49,354 nucleotides of DNA, from contig JAUCBJ010003589.1 in the NCBI GenBank assembly GCA_032718475.1, positions 1 through 49,354 on the forward strand, written 5' to 3'. Of this stretch, positions 11,501-21,593 are shown piece by piece. The notes under the pieces were generated by a model, which did not search any database, was not told where the DNA came from, and was given only the letters and a program-made list of their open reading frames with translations. Both the position numbers and the translations under genes were made by a program. The stretch's first letter is position 1. Each line of letters begins with the position of its first letter. The stretch is from Nemertoderma westbladi. Taxonomy: Eukaryota; Animalia; Xenacoelomorpha.

Positions 11501-13656
11501 TGGAGAAAACTGTCTATTGGACCGACGCTTTACTCGTGTTGGAGTATATAACCAATGAAGTCTGTCAGTTCAGCGTCTTCGTTACCAACAGAGTAGCCAT
11601 TATACTTAGTCGCACGAAGATGGATCAATAGAGACATTGCCCCGGAACGATCAATCCAGCAGACATCGCCTCCAGGGGAGCAACTCCACAAGAACTGGTA
11701 GATACTCCAGACTGGTTAGGTGGACCCGACTTCCTCTACAAAGAAGAAGAAGAATGGCCTCCTCATCTTACTACAGCAGAGATTAGACAGGCCAAGGGAG
11801 CGGAGAAAGTCAAACCTAAAACTCGGGCGAGTAAATCGAAGTTATTTAAACCTATGGTAGATCTGTCTGTACTACATACTTCCGGAGACGACGCTTTGGA
11901 TCAGAAACCCACAGCCACAAATAAGTTTGTTGTGGAAATCCGTGAGAAGGATTGGAAATCTGGAATACCAGACGTCTCGCAAGGACTCTCACCTCTCCTG
12001 CAGAGAGCGATACATCACTACAGTTCCTGGAATCGGCTCTGTAAGGCCGTTACATATTTAAAAAGATGTTTTCACCATCACTACTCCGGGATGAAGACCA
12101 AAGGTGATACCGCTCCACTAACATCGGTGCAGGTCCATGTTGTTAAAGATCTTCCCAAATATAAGATATCCGACAGGTTTCTGAAGGAGAAGATCAGTTA
12201 TCAGGAGCATGAAGAAACCAACAAGCAGATGCTGAGACTCCTGCAATGCTATGAGGATTCCGATAAGTATTTCCTGTTGTTGAGAAATCCACAGATGCGC
12301 TTAAGGGATCGTTTCTCTAGCACAATGATAGATGGGTTGATACGTGTTGGAGGAAGATTAACGAATGCTCCATTATCCTTTGACACTAAGTTTCCCATAC
12401 TCATTAGAAATCTTGAAATACAAGTCAAGATGATTGTAGATGTTCACAGCAAACTTTATCATGCTGGTAGAGAACGAGTTCTTAGCGAAATTCGAACTCG
12501 CTATTATTTTTATAAACCCCGTAGAGCTCTGAACCAAGTTCTTAGGAACTGCATACCCTGTAGGAAAGCATTCAGTAGGCCTTTAACACAGTGAGAGGCA
12601 GAATTACCTAGGGAACGAGTAAGCTTCTATGAACCACCCTTTACTAATACCGGTGTAGATTTATTTGGCCCTATTGAAGTATATCGTGCTAGGACTATAG
12701 TCAAGAGATGGTGTGTCATCTTTGTTTGTATGACTTGTAGAGCTATCCATCTCGATATGGTGAACGATTTATCTACCAACAGCTTCCTATTAAGCTTACG
12801 ACGACAGATCGCTCGCTTTGGAACTAGTAACACGATGAGATCTGATAAGGGAACAAACTTCATTGGTGCCAACAATGAAATCAAAGCTTACGTCAAAGAT
12901 TGGAACCAAAGACAGGTGGACGATCAGCTATGAGTAACAGCGTCTAGCTGGACCTTCAACGCCGCCGACGCCCCTTGGTGGGGAGGAAGTTGGGAGAGAT
13001 TAATAAGAAGTGTGAAGACCGCGTTTCACTTTATAGTGCCGTGCCGCGCGTATCTCACCGACGAACTTTTGTGGACGTTAATGGAGGAAATCGCCGCCTA
13101 TCTCAACGAGAGACCGCTTATGCCAGTCTCATCGAGTCCCGATTCCCTGGAAGCGCTAACACCCGCGCACTTCCTACTGAAGAAACCTGTAGCCATGCTC
13201 CCACAATCGGAAATCACAGACGGAGACGAATACTGCCGGCAAACTTGGCAACTCATGCAGTTGTTATCCCGTCGTTTCGCTGACAATTTCGAAAAACATT
13301 ATCTGCCCACGCTACAACTTCGAACTAAGTGGTTTGCGCAGCAAGAAAACGTCAGCGCTGGTGACATGGTCCTTATTGTGGATGCAGATCTTCCACGTAA
13401 GCGGTGGCAGACAGGTCGTATCATCGAGACTCACATCTCGGATGACGGTTTGGTGCGATCGGTAGAACTCGTCGTCATGCGACGTAACTTCAAGAAACCG
13501 GGAATTGTCTTCGAGACATAGCAGCTCAATCGCCCAGTTGGTCGTTTATGTTTACTGGAAAGAGACAGAGAACTCTCCGGAAACTATGGAAGACAAGATA
13601 CTCTTCCCACGACCACCTCCCTAATCCAACAAACATCTAGGGACTCCCCAGCTTAG
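5556..13656 (+). pseudogene. Disrupted BEL/Pao gag-pol polyprotein
   Basis: Gag: KFNGDEMKW (DUF1759-like) and knuckles CVLCDGTH, CYNCLRQGHQWRTC, CAKCGAKHHILLH. Protease: LLDSGSTGTFI. RT: DIEGMFLQV, RFLWW, YMDD. RNase H: LHVFGDAS, PRAEL, WTD. Integrase: H..LYHAG...CIPC, GVDLFGP, SDKGTNF, GGSWER, LTPAHFL. In-frame stops at 6792, 9243, 11629, 12592, 12931, 13519; frameshifts near 7337, 7450 and 10860. Confidence 0.96.
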
Positions 13657-14206
13657 TAGCATATGGAGTGGGTGTGTGACCATATTATTTTATATTCTTA
13701 TCATTTTATATTTATGTATGTATTATTATGTAATTTTATTATAATCGTTTTCTTTAATTTTATTTAGTAGAATGTTATTTTAGCGATTATTTGGTAGATT
13801 AGTGCATTATATATTAGTGTTTATTACTTAATTACTTACATATTATATATTTACAGCGACGGCGAGAAATAATTCTTTTTCTCTTTCCTTACTGTCCGTA
13901 TTACATTACAAATACGTAACTACAGTAAGATGAAATATCCGTACTTATTAAAGTACAATAAAGCTCCTACTATATTCAAGTATTATTGGTAAAGTAGAGT
14001 ATTAGGAATGCAAAATTCAGATCCTCGTGTCTCGGCTAAACCAAGCTCTGGGTAGACCTTGGAAACGACTTGCCTCTTCTCACTGACATTGCTTCGTGCG
14101 ATATTGCTCTCATACCGTATATTAAATAATACATATAGTAGCGTGATGTCCCTTTAACAGTAGCGTATAACGCAAAATAAATCTGTTAAACCCTTTGACC
14201 ATCTGC

Positions 14207-14500
14207 AATTCTAGTCGATTAAGATATCGCGGCACCCACCGATATACTTGAAAGACAAAATTCTAGAATCAGTGGTTAACGTCCCCAGACAAGTTCTGGA
14301 ATAAACTGGTGCCCATCCTAAATATTAATTATTAATATTTACAAAATCTGTCAAATTTTAGATCCTTTAAAATTCTAGTCTATTAAGATATAGTAGCACT
14401 TACCGATATTCTTAAAAGGACCAATTTCCTAGAATCAAGGATCCCAGTCCCCAGACATGTTCTGGAATAAAATTGTGTCTATTTAATATTAAATAATAAA
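14207..14500. repeat. ~165-bp diverged direct repeat downstream of pol
   Basis: AATTCTAGTC(G/T)ATTAAGATAT...GTCCCCAGACA(A/T)GTTCTGGAATAAA occurs at ~14207 and ~14371. Confidence 0.8.
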
Positions 14501-15290
14501 ATTTACGGGAATAAATTTAAATTCATATTTTAATGAATTTGATAAATTGTCATTTTATACAATTTATAACATCCCAAAATTCCATTAATTAGTAGATCAT
14601 GGGAGCGGAGATTCACCCTATTAAGTGTATTAGTGTGCGAGAATCTCCAATATATAGTCAATAGCCGATAAAATTCATAAAATCATGTATAGAGAGGATA
14701 TTGACCATTAAAGAATTACTATTAAATAGCATCCCAGATCTGTATGCATGAGAATTACCCTAATTCTACCGCTAGCTTTCCATAATGTCACCATGGCAAC
14801 AACCACGCTAGAATTAGAAGTGAGTTAAAAGAACAATAGAAAGCTTGCCCCATTGAATAGCATAGGGAATAAATAGCGCACTGCTAGTATCCAAGGATAC
14901 ATAATAAATAAAGTAACATTCTGGAAGGCACTGACTAACGGACAAATGGCCCGAATGTGTACAGTTTGTGACAGTTGTGTTGAATTTGTGCATTTATAGG
15001 TGAATGTTACTGCTAAAGTGTGTTTACAGTAGCGAGTCGCAATTGTGAAAGTAACCCTAACTCTCCAGAAAGAACCTGAAGTACATCCAAGCCTTTGGGA
15101 CGGACAGTGGAGTGACTTGTGCCGGTTATCGTTGTCGTTGTGTAGCTACATCGTTGGCGAAAGCACAGCGACGACGGTACATCGGCGCTGAGGATCTTGC
15201 ACTGTCCGGGGGCAAAAGAAGGGTAGGCAGCGACGCCCGCTAGCCTAATATATAAACTCATTATATTATTGATAAACTCATATAGCAAAT

Positions 15291-15668
15291 ATGACTGAGT
15301 TGATAGAAGATGATCTTGGTATCAGGGAGCGATATACTCTACCTTTACAAGCGTTTGTCGATAGCTTGATACGCGGCGACGCTGGTCCAACTACTACGGA
15401 AGATGATGGTCGTTATATCGAACCGCCAATGTCCCCGGATCAACTTACGCGTAAATTGGATTATAGAAAGTTCACCGCTCGCTATACACATCGTAATGGT
15501 ACGTATATGGACTTCTTAACTACTGGCCATCCTATCGATTTACACGATACGGACGATGTAGACACCGAAAGGGAAATGGTTTTATTTAAATATCATACCC
15601 AGCGGAGTCAGCACGATGAACCGAGAATGGAACACGAGAATTCTATTCGAAATCAACTCGAAAGCTAG
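15291..15668 (+). CDS. Small acidic ORF (125 aa) inside copy B, function unknown
   Basis: ATG-initiated, coding-like composition, TATATAAA about 40 bp upstream (15249). No motif recognised. Confidence 0.4.
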   Translation: MTELIEDDLGIRERYTLPLQAFVDSLIRGDAGPTTTEDDGRYIEPPMSPDQLTRKLDYRKFTARYTHRNGTYMDFLTTGHPIDLHDTDDVDTEREMVLFKYHTQRSQHDEPRMEHENSIRNQLES

Positions 15669-16494
15669 AACGTGGAAGAAGGCTTGTAAAGACAAATAGA
15701 GGAGAACCACTGGAGAAGAGACATGGGTTAATGTCCAGGGTCCATAATGTGAATAGTTTTCCCCGGGGCACGGGTGCTCGCGGGCAGTCTCCTTCGGGAG
15801 GCTGTAATTTTCTCTTCCTTCATCGTTTTCCTGTAATTATTGTGATCAGTGTCACAATTAAAAGGCAAGAATGAATGATGACGTGACGGAAAACATGTCC
15901 ATTGTGGTACCTTATGGATACTACCATATCTCCTCCCTCCTCTTTACTCCTCTTATCCCTCTATCTATACTCCCTCTATCTTATCCCTCTATTGAAAATA
16001 CAACATACTTCGTCCCACCTTCTCTTCCCAACGCGCTCGGAGCTTTGGGAGACGATCGACCGATCATTGCCGTATCGTGGTATTGATCATACCGCCTCGT
16101 AATAAACCTCCCATCCCTTACTATTAATCTGGATGCTCATATTGGTGTCCGCACCTCCTGTCCATGTCACACTCTGTTGATATTTATGATATCAACTTCG
16201 TTGTTGATTAGAAAGTCAACCATCAATGATTTCCTTTAGTCCACAACTGTGATACAAGGACTGAAAGGACACGCAGATAGTTTGTGAACAACTGGTACCA
16301 TTATGTGTCTTAAATCTGGTTGTTCACCCCCTAATCACTGGGGATAAATTCATTTGGAGATAGTCTTCGAACGTTTGAATCCTCCTACTGAGAACTGAGA
16401 TCGTATTTCTGAATCTTTCTGAATACGACATAGGTCTTCCCTTGCTCTCTACCACTACCATCAATGGAAGACATATTAGGCATACGACGGGAAT

Positions 16495-18270
16495 ATGGAG
16501 AACATTCCATACCCTTTCGTTGATACTCAGCTGATTGCTCCCTGGGCGGAAGGCCGAGGTTTCTTCCGCACTATGTATGCCAATACACCCAGCGGCATTA
16601 CTAAAGTACAACGAACCTCCATCGGACATCTTGCCTTTCAAGAATATGGATGGAATTTCAAGGTTGGAAATCCTATCAATTACCAACAAGTATATGGAGA
16701 CCATTATTCTCGTTTATACTTTGATGGACCATTGACCGCACCTGGCGCCGTGTATAGCTTTATGAGTGTTCCACTTCGTCCCTCCTTAGCTATATACACG
16801 ATCTTTGAAAACGCAGCACTTGCCGGTTGGCTAGCCGATGTGTGCAGTCGTACCATACACGCCTATCCCTTAATACTTGGAACCAAACTCGCCAAGTTAG
16901 ATGAACACAATAAATTCATCCGCTTCGAATGTTTCAGGCGCTTTCTGACTCCGTTCCGTAACGTTGATAGTCAGTTCAAGGACCGCGCTCTGACCAAACT
17001 CACCCTAAGAGACTCAGCGGCGGAGAAGCTAAACAGCGCGGGATTTGCCCTCTTTCAGGACGTTTGTATACAGAACTTACATTCATCTGTTATACAAAGA
17101 CCCCGAATACCCACGGGTTATTCTGTCGTGGAAGTTCAGACAGTGGGTCCGCTTACGGATACAGCCGCACCTACCTCAGCTATGCAATTGGAAGACGAAC
17201 CAATATGCTTAGAATCTGAAGCGATTCAGCCTACAGCGCCCCGGAGCAGCGATAATGATTACGTCTTGGAGTGGTATCAAGGTCCACAATGTCTCACCGC
17301 ATACGATTATCGACACGCCAACTATGTTTCTCGAAAACGTTGTCGATTATGCGCATCGAGAGACCATTTCACCCCTATGGACTCAGACGTACCCTGCTCC
17401 TATTTCCACGAACAACCGATGATGGAGATCTATTGTGCGTATTGCAGACTTAATAACTCGCACATTTTTTCAGTCTGCCCCCAATTTATGACTCAATGCC
17501 ACCACTGTCAACTTAAAGGACATGCCAGTTATAATTGCCCCTTTAACCGCGATTTAGAAAGCGTAGATGAGATGATTACCCTGCGCTACATCCGAGCTTG
17601 GGAAGCGAACGCAGATTTACATTGTGAGTCCCGCCATCGCTATTACCCTGGACGCTCTTACGAGGGAGTTTACGCGTTCCATCCTTATTTATTCGCGTCT
17701 GTTGAACAAAAAACACGCACACCGAGTTACGAACTAATGAAGCGTGTTGGTGAGTGTATTTCCACCAAATTTGTTCGAAAATATCTCAGGAACGTCAATC
17801 CTAACGATATTACTTCATACCATTTGATCAATTTCATCCGTCAAGACCCTGAGTTTGGCGATTTATTTATCAACTCGCACCCTGAGTTACAGGAAGTATC
17901 TCGACGGCCCTACGAATATCGAGCCCGAGAACGCGAGCTGGAAAGAACCATTAAACCGAGGAAGTTTCTCACCACTCACGGTCCACCTACCGCCATTGTC
18001 CAGACGACCCGTCAGGGACCAGTAGGAGCTGCTGTCCTAAAACGCGCTCTAAAGGCCGTTAGACCTCGCTCCACTGAAGTTGATATCGAGCAACCAGGTA
18101 CTTCGACCGGCGGATACACCGATCGTAATCCTAAACCTTCTGATGCAATTGTATTGCACCCTTCACCCAGGAGTTACAGCCCTCCTAGTAAAGTGGCTCG
18201 CCCCAAAGAGAAAAGGACTCTTGCTAGCCTCAAAAAACTGCGTAAACGCCGTCCGCGTAAGAAAGACTAA
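16495..18270 (+). CDS. Accessory ORF of copy B: 591-aa protein with three CCHC-type knuckles and a basic C-terminus
   Basis: CRLCASRDH..C, CAYCRLNNSHIFSVC and CHHCQLKGHASYNC; tail KKLRKRRPRKKD; ends 78 bp before the 3' LTR. No signal peptide or TM helix visible. Confidence 0.85.
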   Translation: MENIPYPFVDTQLIAPWAEGRGFFRTMYANTPSGITKVQRTSIGHLAFQEYGWNFKVGNPINYQQVYGDHYSRLYFDGPLTAPGAVYSFMSVPLRPSLAIYTIFENAALAGWLADVCSRTIHAYPLILGTKLAKLDEHNKFIRFECFRRFLTPFRNVDSQFKDRALTKLTLRDSAAEKLNSAGFALFQDVCIQNLHSSVIQRPRIPTGYSVVEVQTVGPLTDTAAPTSAMQLEDEPICLESEAIQPTAPRSSDNDYVLEWYQGPQCLTAYDYRHANYVSRKRCRLCASRDHFTPMDSDVPCSYFHEQPMMEIYCAYCRLNNSHIFSVCPQFMTQCHHCQLKGHASYNCPFNRDLESVDEMITLRYIRAWEANADLHCESRHRYYPGRSYEGVYAFHPYLFASVEQKTRTPSYELMKRVGECISTKFVRKYLRNVNPNDITSYHLINFIRQDPEFGDLFINSHPELQEVSRRPYEYRARERELERTIKPRKFLTTHGPPTAIVQTTRQGPVGAAVLKRALKAVRPRSTEVDIEQPGTSTGGYTDRNPKPSDAIVLHPSPRSYSPPSKVARPKEKRTLASLKKLRKRRPRKKD

Positions 18271-18348
18271 CTGTTTAGAGTATTTTTATTTTTTAGAAAC
18301 TGTGATTTTTTATATTTTATAGACTTAAATCCCATTTTCTGGGAGCGG

Positions 18349-19514
18349 TGTAAAAGCTTTTGCGGAATTAGCCGGTTATTTTCCCCGTAAAGTGCTCTGT
18401 AGTTGGTTTAACAGGCATAAAAAGCCGTGTCCTTACTGTACTGGTGTTTTAGGGGACATAAAAAGCTATTTCTTCTGTATGTGTACTTTAGCGGACATAA
18501 TTAGCAATTCTATAATGCAATGCGCTAGATCCTCTTGAAACAGTGTAGTTACTATGACGACAGCTAACAGCTGAGCTGTACATGTGTAGCTTTTCCCTTG
18601 TTCTCTGGTGTTTCTTTGTTCGGTCAACCAATCAGAGCGATTCTCCTGCTTTTTGTACAGAAACCTCCGAGAAATCGCGCAATGCATTATGGGTCAATGT
18701 TTACATTTTGTCCTGAGCCTAGAAGACTGGCTTCGGATTCTCTGTGTTTTCAGTCTTTAGCCCAACATTAGTAGGCTTAATTATAGAACGTATATCTGTT
18801 ATCTAACCAATTCTCACATATCATATCAATTTATACCTTAACATTTTACTGCTATTTACTGTCGGTTATTCATTATATCTGTTGATGGAATATTATTATA
18901 TTTGGAATACCGATAAATAATTACAAACCCTCAATCTTCTTGATATACTGAAGGTAAGAGAGACCGGTTACATATAACGATTGCGACTTACATTAAAGTG
19001 GTTTTGAAGTGAATCTAATGCTATTTCATAGGCACTACATGTATTGGTTGTTGTTCTCTTTATATGTGACTAAAATTAGTGAAGGTCGGCAGATTGGTGT
19101 GCAGTATTGTGCAGTATTGTGTATGATTGTGACTGATAACAAAGCATCTCCTAAAGAATGCGCCATATACGTGAATCTATAGCCTTCCCGTTGTGTCTAG
19201 TTTAAGTCATAACTCTGTTTACATATTTAGAGCGCCATGTCCTAAAGGAACTGTTAATATTTCCCGAAAGTGAATAATATTTGTCAGAGATTATATATTA
19301 CGATCAGTCGAATAATACAGTAGGCCTACACCGCAATACGGTTAGGCTTCCGAATCCAGTCTCCCGGGTATATCCAGCGGGTGAATGGTCGCGCATAGAC
19401 TGGCTTCGGCTAATGTAGTGTATCAAATACTTGTCATAGGCTAAAGACGATTTATTATCTAGAAGACATCCAAATTTGGCAGGTTAAACTGCTAAAGGTC
19501 TAAAAGCGCGAACA
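18349..19514 (+). repeat. 3' LTR of copy B (1166 bp)
   Basis: TGTAAAAGC...AAAAGCGCGAACA, preceded by a short purine tract; homologous to 3614-4813. Confidence 0.92.
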
Positions 19515-20470
19515 CTGATTGCTGCAATAATTTCATCAGGAATCCCATATAATGAAAGTATGCTGAACATACGTGAGCGGGAGACTGAATCAAAGGCCTT
19601 GAAGAAGTCAACAAAGATAACAGCCAGATGCCTGTCTTTCTTTTTTGAAAATTCTTCAATTATCCTTCTAAGTGCCAAAATGGGCGCCATGGTCCCACGA
19701 CCTTTACGGAACCCATTCTGATTTCCACGGAGCAGTCTCTCAATGGGATCCCTGATGCGATCTAATAGAATTCTATTGTATAGCTTTGCAGCAATCGAGA
19801 TCAATGAGATTCCCCGAAAAGAACCATAAAGTGCTTCTTCCAAAAAGCCCTTCTTGGGAACTGGCACCAACTTATTTGTTTTCATTTCTTGTGGGACTCT
19901 TGTTGTTCGGTACATGTCTACTATGATGGGATATATGAGCTTTAAACACTCAGGTATTTTAAAGACCTCAGGGGGAACACCATCTACTCTTCTGGCACGA
20001 TTGGTCTTAATGCTCTTTGCAGCAGCCTTCACTTCTGCAAAGGAGATATCGCCAATGGGAATATCTGGGAGTACAGACTCAGACACTCAGACACGCGACG
20101 ACCGAGCCGGTATTTCTCCTGGAGGGTTCTCATACTCATATCTTTCAGTTGCGAGAGTAAACCGCTTGTGGTCGCAACTCCTACAAGCGTCTTCGCAGTA
20201 GGTCGCCGTTGGTTGATTACCTTCCGCCGACCTTGTCAGCATGTCTAGCCGTTGGTTGATTACCTTCCGCCTATCCATGGCCTACAGCCCTGCTGCCGAC
20301 TGTAAGGGTCCCTTTGTTACACCTTGAACCAAGTGTGCCTTCTGGGTTAGGTTACCTAACAATGGTAGAAGAGCATCCAGTATAGACAGAGCGGGTGGTG
20401 TATCATCTCTATTGCAGATGCGTACTGCCTTTGCCTTCAATGGTGCCCTAGGCGCTATAGCCCTCAATGA
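19515..20470 (-). mobile_element. Non-LTR retrotransposon (RTE-like) remnant: N-terminal RT region plus putative 5' UTR
   Basis: ORF 20086-19515 has DGVPPE, VPVPKKG, FRGISLISIAAKLYNRIL, QNGFRKGRGT and FVDFFKAFDSV. The frame is cut at IIAAIS by the LTR end. The extent of 20087-20470 is inferred. Confidence 0.85.
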
Positions 20471-21593
20471 CTTATTTAGTTGACGGGGCTAAAACCATCC
20501 CACTCTTGATCAACTAAATAATGAATAGGCTATGCTTATCGGGCCTGCCCTACTGGGCTGACAGCTACAGGTAGTACCACATTACTGCCATAGTGGTAGC
20601 AGGACCTGGGGACCTGACCTGACTAATCAGGTCAGGAAAGGTCATGGTGACTTACAGATATGTTTTAATTCGTTGCTATACGGAACCATCTGGTAATTAA
20701 AAAACTTAAAGATAATAAGATATGTTTTTAGATGCCATTTAAAATGATTGATTAAAAAACGAATAATTACAAGCTGAATTGTTGTAGGACACCGTGATGA
20801 GCTTTGTGTTCTTGCTCCCACTGTAATGTGGGGGGGGGGGGGGGGGGGGGGGCTTACACCGTCGGCAATGTCAGGTATGTCAGACCCGGAAGGATCTGTA
20901 TAGTATAGGTAATAATAGTTAATAAAACACTGATTGTACAGTAATGGTTGATATGGTCACTAATCTCAGGCGAATTGGAAAGTACCACCATCGGCGTACC
21001 ATACTACAGTACTGTGTAATCGATATACAAGCAATTGCTGATGACAAGAGAAATTGAACTTTGAACTACAGAAATATTTGCATTATTAAGTTATTGCAAA
21101 ACTGGAGATTGCATAGGCTAAAACATTCACAATTAATAACATTGATAATCTTGTTACTTTTATATTGGTGTTTTTAATCAAAAAATACAACAAGGTGAGA
21201 TTTAAATTTATAGGACAAAAAATAAATGTATATGGGGTGGGACATTGTATTTTGATAGGTATTTCCCATTATTGTACCGCTGAAATGAAATATAATAGTA
21301 TAATAATAAAACTATGAATCTGTCGGGATAGAGGTAAAGTGTATATTGAGAGTCTTTATTCAACCTTGGGTGAAAGTGAATAGTAGTCTGCCTTATAGGT
21401 AACTGCCAAGAGAGATGAAATCCGGTATTTTGTGATTCACGTTCAGTTAAATCAACCGACTCAGACATTATTTAAATTACTGGTCTAGCTTACCGTATTG
21501 GTTTTCTTCTTTCGAATAAAATAAATCTTCCTTGAAATGGATAATTATTGAAAAGTGATCTATTTTGTAGAAACTACGCAAGATCAAGTCATA

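Larger units (their letters stand above)
4814..19514 (+). mobile_element. BEL/Pao LTR retrotransposon copy B, from mid-leader to 3' LTR (5' LTR not in window)
   Basis: Gag-PR-RT-RH-IN order with Pao-type motifs, purine-rich GGGAGCGG before the LTR, and a TG...CA LTR. Confidence 0.95.

Noticed and set aside
16495-18270. env gene
   Set aside because: No signal peptide or transmembrane helix; it has zinc knuckles and a basic tail instead.
3614-19514. A single element bounded by inverted LTRs (DIRS-like)
   Set aside because: The LTRs are clearly diverged, the integrase is DDE type, and the left LTR has its own leader and gag.
20828-20852. Poly-G tracts as functional G-quadruplex elements
   Set aside because: Several such G/C runs in the window sit inside MITE TIRs as slippage tracts; no evidence of function.
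21035-21055. Second hammerhead (CTGATGA...GAAA)
   Set aside because: No stem I or stem II pairing. The CTGATGA in the MITE TIRs also lacks them.
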